A DNA stretch of 64,000 nucleotides from Octopus vulgaris (GCA_951406725.2 OX597820.1:13764001-13828000); one strand, 5' to 3'. Shown: positions 11,500 to 25,439, numbered from the stretch's first letter. The notes: generated from the sequence alone by a model not told the origin. Numbers and translations are program-made.

Positions 11500-13840
11500 T
11501 CATCATCATCATCATCGTTTAACGTCCGTTTTCCGCGCTAGCACGGGTTGGACGGTTCGACCGGGGTCTGGGAAGCCAGGGGCTGCTCCAGGCTCCAGTC
11601 TGATCTGGCAGAGTTTCTACAGCTGGATGCCCTTCCTAACGCCAACCACTCCGCGAGTGTAGTGGGTGCTTTTTACGTGCCACCTGCACAGGTGCCAGGG
11701 GGGGGTCCGGCATCGGTCACGATTGGTTCGAGCTTTTAACGTGCCAGCGGCACGGAAGCCAGCCAAGGCGGCGCTGGCAACGTTCAGATGGTCTTTTTTA
11801 TGTGCCACCGGCACAGGGGCCAGTCGGGGCGGCGCTGGCATCGGCCACGTTCGGATGGTGCTTTTTATGTGCCACCGGCACAGAAGCCAGTCGGGGCGGC
11901 ACTGGCATCAGCCACGTTCGGATAGTGCTTTTTATGTGCCACCGGCACAGGCATCATAACTACTATTTCCATTGATATTTATTTCGACGTTCATGTTCAT
12001 GTACTTGACTCAACAGGTCTCCTCAAGCACAGCGGGACGATCTGGGATCCGGGGTACTTTGAATGGGCAGGGGCTATGCGGAACTGATGCAGGAAGCAGC
12101 CCAGGTCTTTGCAGTCACAGCATATCTCCAGAGATCTCAGTCCTTCGCCATTGCCTCAGTGAGGCCCAACGCTCTGAGGTCATGCTTGACTACCTCATCC
12201 CATGTCTTCCTGGGTCTACCTCTCCCCCTGATACCTTCAACTGTTTGGGAGTGGAACTTCTTCACACATCTCTCCTCATCCATCCGCAGCACATGACCAT
12301 ACCATCGCAAGCTTCGCTCTTGCACACCACATCTGATGCTTCTTATATCCAGCATTTCTCTCAGGATGCTTACACTCTGTCGTGCGTGCACACTGACATT
12401 ACACATCCAGCGGATCATGCTAGCTTCATTTCTTTCAAGTCTACGTATGTCCTCTGCAGTCACAGCCCATGTTTCATTACCGTGAAGCATGGCAGTTCAC
12501 ACACATGCATCATACAATCTACCTTTCGCTCTGAGGGAGAGACCCTTTGTCGCCAGTGGGGGTAGGAGCTTTCTGAACTTTGCCCAGGCTATTCGTATTC
12601 TAGTGGTGATACTCTCTGTGCATCCACCTCCGCTACTAACTTGGTCACCCAGGTAGCGGAAACTATCAACTACTTCTAGTTTCTCTCCCTGGAGTGTGAT
12701 GGAATCTGTTTTCTGAGTGTCTGTGGTGTCTATTGTCCCTGTGCATCTGCCGCACATGAAAGCTATCTTATCTGTTAATTTCCCTTTAATGTTGCTGCAC
12801 CTCTTGTGCGTCCATAGCTTACATTGGGTGCATCTTATGGAGTTTCTACCTGCACCTTTCCTACAGATTGAGCAGGGCCACCTACCCGAGGGGATGTGTG
12901 CTGAGTACGCTTTGCTGCTTACTATTACTTTGGTCTTTGCTACATTTACTCTAAGGCCCTTTGATTCTAACCCTTGCTTCCACACCCGAAATTTCTTTTC
13001 TAGTTCCGGTAGTGATTCTGCTATGAGAGCCAGGTCATCAGCATAGAGGAGCTCCCAGGGGCATCCTGTTTTGAATTCCTCTGTTATTGCCTGGAGGACT
13101 ATGATGAATAAAAGGGGACTGAGGGCTGAGCCCTGGTGCACACCTACTTCTACCCGGAATTCTTCACTATATTCGTTGCCAATCCTAACCTTGCTGACAG
13201 CCTCTCTGTATAGAGCCTGTACAGCCCTTATTAGCCATTCGTCAATCTCCAGTTTCCGCATCGACCACCAGATAAGGGAACGGGGAACCCTGTCAAAGGC
13301 TTTCTCCAAGTCCACAAAAGCTATGTAGAGGGGTTTATCTTTAGCTAGGTACTTCTCCTGCAGTTGTCGGACCAGGAATATAGCATCAGTGGTGCTTCTA
13401 CCTGGCATAAAACCGAACTGCATTTCATCTAAGCAAATTCTCTCCCTAATGAAATGGGTTATGACCCTCTCTGTGACCTTCATCACCTGGTCCAACAGTT
13501 TGATACCCCAGTAGTTATTTCTATCTAGAGCATCACCCTTACCCTTGTAGCAGTTGACTATGGTGCTGCTACGCCAATCATTGGGTATGACTCCATTGTG
13601 AACTACCTGGTTTACAATGCGGGTGACTATGCCATAGCCCACATAGCCAGCTGTTTTAAGCATCTCAGCAGTGATTCCTGATGGGCCGGGGGCTTTACCT
13701 GGTTTCATATCCTTAATTGCCTTAACTACAAGGGAGCTGTCTATTCGGGTAGCTGGTCCCTCTACTGGGTCAACATTTGGCAGGCTCTCCTCCTCCCATT
13801 CATTCTCCTCGTTCAGCAGTCTTTCATAATGGCTTAAACG
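11500..13840 (-). mobile_element. RTE-clade LINE, 5'-truncated: RT domain, PHD-type finger, C-terminus, 3' UTR and (GAT)n tail
   Basis: RT motifs KAPGPSG, QFGFMPGRST, FVDLEKAFD, GVHQGSALSP, YADD, FRYLG. The two ORFs in the track share one frame broken by TGA stops at 12497 and 12137 (probably CGA>TGA). Inferred original stop TAG at 12074-12076. Confidence 0.95.
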
Positions 13841-13849
13841 CATACACAC

Positions 13850-14080
13850 ACAGTGCTACCTGACTTTCTCCGGTGTTGGTGCCACATAAAAAGCACCCAC
13901 TACACTCTCGGAGTGGTTGGCATTAAGAAGGGCATCCAGCTGTAGAAACTCTGCCAGATCAGATTGGAGCCTGGTGAGGCTTCCTGGCTTGCCAGTCCTC
14001 AGTCAACCATCCAACCCATGCCAGCATGGAAAGCGGACGTTAAACAATGACGACAACGACGACGATGATGATGATGATGA
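13850..14080 (+). mobile_element. Short copy of the RTE 3' end with (GAT)n tail
   Basis: Reverse complement of 11500-11690. Similar copies at about 14920-15090, 31905-32062, 39180-39347, 40108-40290, 41505-41720, 55005-55233 and 56011-56166. Confidence 0.8.
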
Positions 14081-16559
14081 CACACATACATATATATTTG
14101 TGTGTGTGCATACACATATATATATGTGTATTATATATATTTACGTGTGTGTTTGTGTGTGTGTGTGTATGTGTGTGTATGTGTGGGTGTGTGTGTGTGT
14201 GTATCTGTGTGTGTGTGTGTGTGTGTCTAATTATTTAGAAAGCCACAACAATGCTGGTTAGAGACAAAAGAATGGAAAACCTTAACAGAACAAAAACAAA
14301 AGAGAATGGTTTATTTCAATACTTCTGTTACAAACCCCTTATCAAGAACAAGGGAGATAACCATCCACAGGTCACATCTCACCTCACACTCCATATCTGT
14401 TCTGATCACTGCTAAACTCATCTCGCTTTTATTCTTTTCTCCTCAGTTATGGTTTCTAAGCCAAACTATTTGAATAAAATGTAAAAACTGTAAACCTTTG
14501 TTCTTGTTTCCCTTGTCTTCTGGGTCTTTTATTCCCAGCGTGTATTGTTGTGGCTTTCTAAATCACTTTTAATTCTAGTTTATACAATGCTTCATCTAAC
14601 CTATGTGACTCAAATATTTGCTTATGTTATCATATTTTTATAAATTTAATTACTGGTTTCTTTTGGCTCCCTTTTTGTTCCCTTTTCATTTCTAAAATTT
14701 CAGTTGTTTTGCCATGGTACCTGAGATGCATTCAGGTTTTGTAGGGAGTGGCTGCGAGGTAAGTAGCTTGCTTACCAACCACATGGTTCTGGGTTCAGTC
14801 CCACGGTGTGGCACCTTGGGCAAGTGTCTTCTACTATAGCCTTGGGCCAACCAAAGAATTGTGAGTGGATTTGGTAGATGGAAACTGAGAAAAGCTTGTC
14901 GTATATATATATATACTTGCACTTTTCATGCTAGCATGGGTTGGATAGTTTGACTGAGGACTGGTAAGCCAGGTGGCTGCACCAGGCTCCAGCCTGATCT
15001 GGCAAGGTTTCTACAGCTGGATGCCCTTCCTAATGCCAACCACTCTGAGAGTGTAGTGGGTGTTTTTTATGTGGCAACAACACAGGAGCCAGTCAGGTAG
15101 CACTGTGTGTGTGTGTTTGTGTATATATATATACAATCTCTTTACTTGCGTGATTTTTTGCTACCCTAGTAATTATTTATCTATTTTTTTCCATGTTGTT
15201 AACAAGGGAAAAATACACTCATCTATTTATATATTTATGTGTGTGTGTGTGTCTTTTTGTCTCCCCACCATCTCGTGATAACCAATGCTGGTGAGTTTAC
15301 ATCTCTGTAACTTAGCAGCTCAGCAAAAGAGACCTATAGAATAAGTACTAGGCTTACAAAGAATAAGTCCTGGGGACGATTTGTTTGACTAAAGGTGGGG
15401 CTCCAGCATGGCTGCAGTCAAATGACTGAAACAAGTAAATGAATAAAAGAATATGTAGATAGGTGTATGTGTGTGTGCGTACAAAGAACAGTGTATTTAT
15501 GTCAGTGTATATATATATATATATATGAATCCTGGTCACAGCAACGCAGTATAAATTTTAACGGCGATGCCTCAGCATGGCCGCAGCTCTGAGCTGAAAC
15601 AAGAAAAACGAAAAACGAAATGCCTGAATGTAAGTATATACGTAAGACAGAATATGTGTCCATGTTTGTGCAAATGCATGAACAAACACATGCATATGTA
15701 TTATGTATGTGCATGTGTGTAGAGTGTGTGTTTGAGTAGTATATATGTATGTTAGTAGCTTGTGTGTGTGTAATTGTGTGCAAGTGTGGATATAGGGTAA
15801 TACCTCACTTTATGAGGACCCGCTTTCTGAGACCTCAGGTTTATGAGTCTTATTTTATAATAAATATAAAAAGGAGGTAAGCTGGCAGAAACGTTAGCAC
15901 ACTGGGCGAAATGCTTAGTAGTATTTCGTGTGTCTTTACATTCTAAGTTCAAATTCTGCCGAGGTCAACTTTGCCTTTCATTCTTTCAGGGTCAATAAAT
16001 TAAGTACCGAGCGTGTGGAAGGGGGCTGGTGACATTGATGTTTCTGTGTGTGCATGTGTAGGTTTGTGGATGATTAACCCCCACTTGCCCCAGGTGCCAT
16101 GCAGTAGAACTGAACCCGGAACCATATAGTTAGGAAGCAAGCTTCTTACCACACAGCCATGCTTGCATCCCCATTAGCCAACATTGTTTACCAAGTGAAC
16201 TCATTCCTCTCCAGTTACCATTCATTATGGACATTGTCTGACAACATCACAGATTCCCAATATATTCTATTCATTCGTTTGGCAGGAGAAACACTCTCTG
16301 CTGCTGACAACGAACGTAGCAAGTCTCTTCATCTTGTTCACCATTCTTCTGAAATCTTGGCCACTTAAGAAATCAATGTATTTACCAATTTTCTTAATTA
16401 AAACAAAATCAATTAGGTTCAATGTATCTGATTTGACATGTAGATATCCGGATGAGAAGTGGCTGGGCCGGCAACAAGTGGTGAGAGAAAGTGCCATTGT
16501 ATGGATGTGTATAGGTGAAGATGTATAAATATTGCAAGGGTGTATAAATAGACTGCTAC

Positions 16560-17410
16560 CACCAACACTAGAATCATTACTGCAACCACCACCACCACCA
16601 TCTGCTGCTGCAGCCACTGCTACTACCATTACTACCATCACTACCACCACCACCATTGCCATCACTGTCACTACCACCAGCTACGCCATCCCTTCCACAA
16701 CCACCAACCCATCACCCATTGCTGTCACAACCATCATGATTAATACAACCACCAGCATCACCATCACAACCAATGCCATCACCACCATCACCATCACCAC
16801 CACCAACACAACATCCATCACAACCACCACCACCACCACCACACCACCACTGCTACCATCACCAACACCAACACCTTAACCATCACAACCAACGCCATCA
16901 CCACCAGCAACACAACAACCACCACCACCACCACTGCTACCATCACCAACACCAACACCTTAACCATCACAACCAACGCCATCACCACCAGCAACACAAC
17001 AACCACCACCACCACCACTGCTACCATCACCAACACCAACACCTTAACCATCACAACCAATGCCATCACCACCAGCAACACAACAACCACCACCACCACC
17101 ACTGCTACCATCAACAACACCAACACCTTAACCATCACAACCAACGCCATCACCACCAGCAACACAACAACCACCACCACCACCACTGCTACCATCACCA
17201 ACACCAACACCTTAACCATCACAACCAATGCCACCACCAATACTGTCACTGTCACTACCACTACCGGTAGCATCACTTGTCACCACTAACACCACTGCTA
17301 CTGCAACCACCACCACCACCACCACCACAATCATCATCACCATCACAACCATCACCACAACCACCACAACCATTACCATCATTGCCACCATCGTCTTCAC
17401 CACCACCAAT
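16560..17410. repeat. (CAC/CAA/CAT)n tract with an 84-bp higher-order unit repeated about 4.5 times
   Basis: CCACTGCTACCATCA(C/A)CAACACCAACACCTTAACC recurs at about 84-bp spacing over 16846-17235. Confidence 0.85.
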
Positions 17411-17927
17411 AGCCTTCCACTTATAATCCTTTTAACCCTTTCCTGCCTCCCACCCCACCAAGATACCCAAAGTACCCATCCACTAGCATATCTACCCAAC
17501 ATACCCGTCACAATCTCTACAATTAACTTATAACCACCATTTGCCCTCACACACTGCACCCACTTCAACTCGGTCTCAACCACTCAACTGGAAATCCTGT
17601 GTGAGAAATGCACAGTCATTATGTGTGGCTGTCGCATTTCCTCTCGTTAGCCTAATAATTAATTACAATTAGATTGCATGGCTGTGTGGTAAGAAGTTTG
17701 TCTTTCAACCACATGGCTTACGGTTCAGTCCCATTGCATGGTACCTTTGGACAGTGTCTCGAAATGTGAGAGTAGAAAAACAGCCAACAACTGATGAAGG
17801 GTCGTTCTTTATGTTGGTTTTGTTTTGCATTTGTGTTTTTCGTTTTTCAAAAGAATAGTTCATCTTCCATGTACTCGTGTTTCGTATTTTTTGTTGTACT
17901 TGTTTCATGACGTCCTGTGCCCACATA

Positions 17928-17964
<37 letters not shown>

Positions 17965-18059
17965 TTATATACATATAGATGTAAGTACGTAGATATACGT
18001 ATGTATATATGCATTCATGTATATATTATTTATATTATATACATATATACATATATATT

Positions 18060-18442
18060 CTTTTATTCTTTTATTTGTTTCAGTAATTTGACTGTGACCA
18101 TGCTAGAGCACTGCCTTCAGTCAAGCAAATCGACCCCAGGACTTATTCTTTGTAAGCCTAGTACTTATTCTATCAGTCGCTTTCACCAAACCACTAAGTT
18201 ATAAGGATGTAAACACACCAACATTGCTTGTCAAGTGACGGTGGTGGGGGAACAAACACAGACACACAAATACATATACGATGGGCTTCTTTCAGTTTCT
18301 GTCTACCAAATCCAATCACAAGGCTTTGGTTGACTCAAGGCTATAGTAGAAGATACTTGCCCAAGGTGCCATGCTACATGACTGAACCTGAAACTATGTG
18401 GTTGGGAAGCAAGCTTCTTACCACACAGCCACTCCTGCACCT
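18060..18442 (-). mobile_element. SINE family A, full length
   Basis: Colinear with 3652-4043. Confidence 0.85.
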
Positions 18443-18918
18443 ATATATATATATATATATAATCATCATCATCATCGTTTATATATATATATATATATAT
18501 ATGTATATCTATGTCTATATATGTGTCTTTAGTTCTGTGTTTGTTCCCCCATCACTGTTTGACAACCAGTGTTGGTGTATTTATGTCCCTGTAACTTAGC
18601 AGTTCAGTGTACATGACTGATAGCAGGAGTACTAGGCTTTACAAAAAAAAAGTCCCGGGTTCAATTTGTTCAACTAAAACCTCTCCAGGCCATGCTCCAG
18701 CATGGCCCAAGTCAAATGACTGAAACAAGTAAAAAGACTACGACAAGATAGTCATAAATGAGTGTCACCACTATACAGTGTCCTTCATTTGCAGTCATCC
18801 AAGACACATCCTTATTTGGAAACAGATGGGGTTTGGTGACAGGAAAGGTATCCACCCATAGAAAATCTGCCTTGACAAATTACGCACAACCCATGCAAGA
18901 TAGAAAAGTCGACATTAA

Positions 18919-19168
18919 ATGATGATGAGGAGGATGATGATGACAACAATGATGATGGTGATGATGATGATGACAATGATGATCATAACACTGATGATGA
19001 TGATGATGATGACGGTGGTGGTGGTGGTGATGATGATGATGATGACGATGACAATGATGATGATGATGATGATGGTGCCAACGATGATAACACCGATGAT
19101 GACAATGATGGTGATAATGGTGATGATGACGACGATGATGGTGATGATGATGATGGTGGTGATGATAA
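18919..19168. repeat. (GAT/GGT)n microsatellite expanded from a LINE-type tail
   Basis: Follows CATTAAATGATGAT, the tail junction of the RTE-like 3' end. Confidence 0.85.
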
Positions 19169-19415
19169 CAGCCATCCCATTAGCATCAATTACACAAGTC
19201 ATCCTCTTCTCTCTCAACACTAGCAACTCCTATCAGAACTATTTCTTACTAAAAATAACGTTTATTTATAGTTTTCCTTTGTCTCTGTATGTGTGTGTGT
19301 ATGTGTGTGTGTGTGTGTGTGTGAGTGTGTGAGCATTTATGTATGAGTGTCTGTGTTTGTGTGTGCGAGTGTGTGTATTTATGTGTATGTGTCATGAATG
19401 TAATATGTATATGTG

Positions 19416-19461
<46 letters not shown>

Positions 19462-19779
19462 AAAAGTGCATATGTGTGTCTGTATGTGTATGTGGGTGTG
19501 TGCATGTGTTATGGAGGGGTGTATGAGAATGTGTGTATGAATACCGTGTGTATATGTATGAGTGTGGTGTGTGAGTCTGGTATGTGTGTGTGTGTTGATG
19601 AAGTAAAGTGCTAGTCAACTACAGTTAATGTTAGAAGCAATCTTTGTTTATAAGAGTAACGATGTTAGTTATGTATTGAAGACATCAAACAATGAAAGCA
19701 TGTATCCCTGCCCCGTAAAATTCTGTTGACCGTTCTTTGAGCCACGTTCTTCACTACAGTTTTCACTTCTTCGTCACTG

Positions 19780-20080
19780 GACTATCATCTCTTCAGCCCC
19801 ATGAAAGAGGGTTTGAAAGACAAACATTATTCCAGTGACGAGGAAGTGAAAACTGTAGTGAAGAAGTGGCTCAAAGAACAGTCAACAGAATTTTACGGGG
19901 CAGGGACACATGCTCTCATTCGAAGGTGGAACATTGCTATTGAGAGAAACGGTGACTATGTTGAGAAGTAGGGATGTGATCTACAGAGGATCAGCTTCAT
20001 TTTGATGTATGATACATGTTCCTGTGTTGGTAATTATACCTGTCCTAAATAAAATGGCATTATTTTTTGACTCACCCTCA
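19780..20080 (+). mobile_element. Mariner transposon 3' remnant (transposase C-terminus plus TIR)
   Basis: 19780-19971 translates DYHLFSPMKEGLKDKHYSSDEEVKTVVKKWLKEQSTEFYGAGTHALIRRWNIAIERNGDYVEK*. TIR-like GGCATTATTTTTTGACTCACCCTCA followed by TA. Confidence 0.88.
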
Positions 20081-20493
20081 TATCTATAATAATAAAAGTG
20101 AAATTCTGTCTGTCCATCCATCCAGAACCCCTGTATCTCGGTCTATGTTTGCTCTTCATATTATACCCCTACATAGACATATCATACCTTAAACATCAGG
20201 ATGACCCTAGGATCAAAAATCTGCCCTTCATTTGGTCCTTGAATATCCAGCATTGGGATCAGATCTGGATGAGGATTTGTTACATGCTAACAATTGAAAA
20301 TTCAAATTTTAAAAAGAACTCAAAAAATTGTGATCTTAAAAATTTTTCATTTAAATTGAATTTAAAGTAATACCATATTGGTAGGGGACCAATAAAGGCT
20401 TTATTATTATTGCTCCTTTTAGTTTTGGGTTGTAAGCCCAGCTAGCCCCCCATGAGAGTTAGTATTAAAGTCCACATGGAGGGCATCTTTTAA

Positions 20494-20974
20494 CCCTTTC
20501 ATTACTGTATTTCTGTTGAGATGTTCTGTATTTCTTTCAATTAATTTTAAATATAACAAAGAATTTAGTAAAATAACTTACAGTTATCATTAAACTAGTG
20601 TTAGGAACATATATTGGGACTAAGGTTTGGTGGAAGATTTTAATTCAGAACTTATGAAAACAAGACATTTGTACTACAGAACCAGAGGTGGTGGTTTCAG
20701 CCAGGTTGGTATCAAAAGGGTTAAGAATTGTTTCTCTATTATATATTTCAACCCTTTTGTTACTATATTTCAGTTGAAATGCTCTGTGTTTCTTTCAATT
20801 AATTTTAAATATAACAAAGAATTTAGTAAAATAGCTTAGTTATCATTAAGCTGGTGTTAGGAACATAAATTGTGACTAAGGTTTGGTGGAAGATTTTAAT
20901 TCAAAACTTTTGAAAACAAGACATTTCTACTACAGAGCCAGAGCTGGTTTCAGGCAGGTTGGTATCAAAAGGGG
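20494..20974. mobile_element. Two adjacent copies of a piggyBac-like MITE
   Basis: TTAA|CCCTTT...AAAGGG|TTAA at 20494-20720 and a highly similar copy at about 20752-20974. Confidence 0.75.
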
Positions 20975-21369
20975 CTAGTTTAATGATAAAAACCTATAGG
21001 ATATTTTTAAAACATGGAATGGCTATGAGGGTCTACCAGAGTAAAATAAGAATCAAAGGGGTCCATAGGGGAAAAATGGTTGTTGAGAACCACTAGTCTA
21101 CAGCAAAAACCTGTGAAAACCCACATTTGTCATAACAGACAGAGCTACTCATGGAAATGCCTTCCTTCTTGTGGTCCATTTCTAGCAGAGTGGCTTATTA
21201 AAGGTGGAGGTGGGGGTGGAGGATGGACAAGTACAGCAGAGAGGGTGGGGGTACCAGAGTATTGGTATGAAACATTCATACCACAGCCACCTTGACGCCA
21301 CCTCTTCAGCACCGTTTGATCTGATACTGAATTATTTGATATCAAGTGTTTCTTTTTAGATTTCTCTTG

Positions 21370-21917
21370 TTCTCCTCCCCCTCCCATTCCTACCCATGTT
21401 TCTCTCTCCCCCTCTTTCCTACTCATCTTTCTCCTCCTCCTCTCATTCCTACACAGCTTTCTCCTCCCCCTCTCGTTCCTACCCATCTTTCTCCTCCCCC
21501 TCTCATTCCTACACAGCTTTCTCCTCCCCCTCTCGTTCCTACCCATCTTTCTCCTCCCCCTCTCGTTCTTACACAGCTTTCTCCTCCCCCTCTCATTCCT
21601 ACCCATCTTTCTCCTCCCCCTCTCGTTCCTACTTAGCTTTCTCCTCCCCCTCCCATTCCAACCCATCTTTCTCCTCCCCCTTTTGTTCCTATCCAGCTTT
21701 CTCCTCCCCCTCTCATTCCTACACAGCTTTCTCCTCCCCCTCTCATTCATACATATCTTTCTCCTCCCCCTCTCGTTCCTACCCATCTTTCTCCTCCCCC
21801 TCTCGTTCCTACCCAGCTTTCTCCTCCCCCCTCTCATTCCTACCCATCTTTCTCCTCCCCATCTCGTTCCTACCCAGCTTTCTCCTCCCCCTCTCATTCC
21901 TACACAGCTTTCGCCTC
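21370..21917. repeat. 30-bp pyrimidine-rich minisatellite
   Basis: Unit CCTAC(C/A)CA(T/G)CTTTCTCCTCCCCCTCTC(A/G)TT, about 17 copies. Confidence 0.92.
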
Positions 21918-23007
21918 CCTCCCTCCCTCTCTCTCTCTCTCTCTCTCTGTTTATGTGTGTGAGTATTTAGTTTTGTTTGTGTCTGTGTGCAATGGCTTTC
22001 TTTCTCGTTTTCTATTTCTGTGTGTAAGTATATTTCTGTCTGATTGAAGGAAGAGATGGAAAATGTTAATGGGAATTACAGTCAACTAATAAATTACAAT
22101 GTCTTTCTCTTTTTCACTTTCACCCCCTCCTTCCCTCTCTCTTCCTCTCTCCATCTGCCTCTCTCTCTCTCTCTTTCTCTCTCCTTGTTGATGTGTGTAA
22201 GCATATTTCTCTTTAAGTGTCTGAGGAGATGGAAAATGCTTATATCATTTATGTTCAGTTAATAAATAGTTATGTGTCTCTCTATCTTTCCCTCCTACAC
22301 TTTCTTTATCTCCCCCTCCCTCCCTCTCTTTCTCTCTCACTCCATCTGCCTCTCTCTCTTTTTCTCACTCCTTATTGATGTGTGTAAGCATATTTCTCTT
22401 TATGTGTATGAGGAGATGGAAAATGCTTGTGTCATTTGTGCTCAGTTAATAAATAGTAATGTGTCTCCCTTTCTGTTTTATCCCCGTCTCTCGCTCTCTC
22501 CTCCTCCTCCTCCTTTCTCTCCCTGCTTATGTGTGTAAGCATATGTCTCTTTATGCATTTGAGGAGAAGGAAAGTGTTTATATCAAGAGCATTCAATTAA
22601 CCAATTGTAATGTCTCTCTCTTTCTTTCTCTGTCTCTGTCTGTGTGTGAGCATCTGCCTACATTTTTACATATATATGTACAATGTCTTCTCTCTCCTTC
22701 TCACTATTTGTGTGTATATATTTCTGCACATGCCACTGTATGTCTGAATATGTGTGTGTGTGTGTGAGTGTGCTTACTTCCAGTGCCAAAAAGTACAGTC
22801 ACCAAAAATGGCAGTCAACCATGTCCAGTCAACCATGCCAAACCATCATCATCCAAACAGCTGCACCAAATCTTCTCCTTCCACCAGCATATCAGGGTGA
22901 TGGTGGGGTGGAGGGTAGAAATATTTATCAACGGAAATACACAAATACTAAAATAACTGAGATAAACAAACTTGATGTTAAAGAAAGGGATGGTTACAGA
23001 ACTAACT

Positions 23008-23470
23008 TTATATATACATCTATACACACACCTACATATATATATACACACACACATATATATATACATACATACATATATGTATGTATGTATCTATCTA
23101 TTTATATATATGTATATTATGTATGTATGTATGTATATATATATATATATATGTACATGTACATACACACATGTACATGTATACATACATATGTATATGC
23201 ATATATATATATATATATATACATATATGCATGTATGTATCTATCTATTTATATATATGTATATTATGTATGTATGTATATATATACTCACACACACACA
23301 CACATGTACATATATACATGTATACATATATGTGTATATATATATATATATACACACACACACTCACACATGTACATATATACATACATGTATATATATA
23401 TATATTTATATATATATACACACACACACACACTCATACACATATGCATGTATACATGTATACGTATGCA
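23008..23470. repeat. (TA/CA/TATG)n compound microsatellite
   Basis: Direct inspection. Confidence 0.9.
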
Positions 23471-23994
23471 TAAGTAGAGACAGGGATGGTTTAAAGCAAC
23501 ATGGCCAAGAAAGAAAAAACTGTGTTACTATTTTTTAACTTTTCGGATTATCATCATCCTCGTCAACAACAGCTTCATTATCCTCATTGCAATCATCACG
23601 ATTAATTATAAACATTTGACAACATATGTTTCAGAAAAAGTCCTTTTGCATTTTTGTTTCCCCATCATCATCATCATCATCATCTGTCTGTCTGTTTGTC
23701 TCTTTGTGTATTTTGCAGTTCACACTGTATGTTAGTATATTAAAGTTGGGTAGCAATTCTGATTAACTGTCTTTTTTTCTCATTTAAAGGCAAGAACATA
23801 ACCTCCTGTTCACCTCCTTTCTATAAATCTGGGGCTTTTTATATACTATCATCATTAATCTCCATTTAAGCTTTTAGCATTCAAATTACTTTTCCAAATA
23901 TATTTCTTATTTGCTCACGTTGTTTTGAGTTAATCCTGCATTATCCTGTAGCTTTGAGATTTCAATGAGATGACTTATTCTTTTAATCTTTTGT

Positions 23995-24399
23995 TCTTTT
24001 ATTTGTTTCAGTCATTTGACTGCAGCCATGCTGGAGCACCGCCGTTAGTCGAACAAATCAACCCCAGCACTTACTCTTTGTAAGCCTAGTATTTATTTTG
24101 TTGGTCTCTTTTACCAAACTGCTAAGTTAAGGTGACGTAAACACACCAGCGTTGGTTGTCAAGTGATAATGGGGGATGCATATATATATAAGGTGAGCTG
24201 GCAGAAACGTTAGCACGCCAGGCGAAATGCTTAGCGGTATTTTGTCTGCCACTACGTTCTGAGTTCAAATTCCGCCGAGGTCGACTTTGCCTTTCATCCT
24301 TTTGGGGTCGATAAATAAAGTACCAGTTTCGCACTGGGGTTGATATAATCGACTTAATCCCTTTGTCTGTCCTTGTTTGTCCCCTTGTAGGCAGTAAAG

Positions 24400-24441
<42 letters not shown>

Positions 24442-24530
24442 ATTCGACAGGCTTCTTTCAGCTTCTGTCAACCAAATCCACTCAAAAGGCTTTGGTTGGC
24501 CCGAGGCTATAACAGAAGATACTTGCCCAG
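23995..24530. mobile_element. SINE A (-) interrupted by SINE B (+, 24191-24400)
   Basis: 3' and 5' parts of family A flank a family B copy at the internal microsatellite. Confidence 0.75.
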
Positions 24531-25149
24531 TGTCAATGGCTTATGTTCCATAGGGAGTGAAGGGGCTTATGTAGGTATAAGTTTCACCAGCAAAACACAT
24601 TGTTTTACAACTGATTTCCATGCTAGCATGTGTCGGATGGTTCAACAGGATCCAATTGGATTAAAGAATCACATTTTAACGCATTTCATCTTGGAAATGA
24701 TTTCTATAGCTGGATGCTGCCCTTCCTAACACAGACCATTTTACAGAATATACTTGGTATATTTTTCCATGGTACCAACACTAGAGAAGTTCTCATGTCT
24801 TCAGAAAGACAAATGAGTCTTCTCGTTTCAGCATTATATCTGGTTAATTCATTGACCACTTCTGGGAGACTACAGGAGGCTTTTCATAATGACACCAGCA
24901 CCGGTGAGAGAATCCTTGGACCCATCAGGAGAATAGGGGAGACAGTGATTATTCTAGTTGTTCTTGGACCTACCAGGAGAGTAGGGGAGAGAGTATGCCC
25001 TTGGACCCAGATGTTGAATAATGAAATCACACACATACACACACACACACACACACATACACACACACACACATACATGTATGTGTGTGTGTTGTGATTG
25101 GGAGTAAATCAGAAAGTAATTGAATAAGAAAAATACAAAATCAAATAAA

Positions 25150-25400
25150 AAAGACAGAAAGCATGAAAAAGATATGAGAGAGAGAGAGAAAGAGAAAGAA
25201 AGAGAGAGAGAGAAAGAAAGAGAGAGAGAGAAAGAAAGAGAGAGAGAAAGAGAAAGAGAGAGAGAGAGAAAGAAAGAGAAAGAGAGAGAGAGAGAAAGAA
25301 AGAGAGGGAGAGAAAGAGAGAGGGAGAGAAATAGGGAGAGAGAGAAAGAAAGAGAGAAAAAGAAAGAGAGACAGAGAAAGAAAGAGAGGGAGAGAAAGAA

Positions 25401-25439
<39 letters not shown>

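Noticed and set aside
11972-13328. Plus-strand ORFs over the LINE
   Set aside because: Antisense shadows of the RT ORF.
16532-17583. His/Thr/Val-rich ORFs
   Set aside because: Trinucleotide repeat tract open in several frames on both strands.
21145-21970. 250-aa Arg/Gly repeat ORF or CRISPR-like array
   Set aside because: 30-bp tandem minisatellite with no unique spacers, in eukaryotic context with no cas genes.
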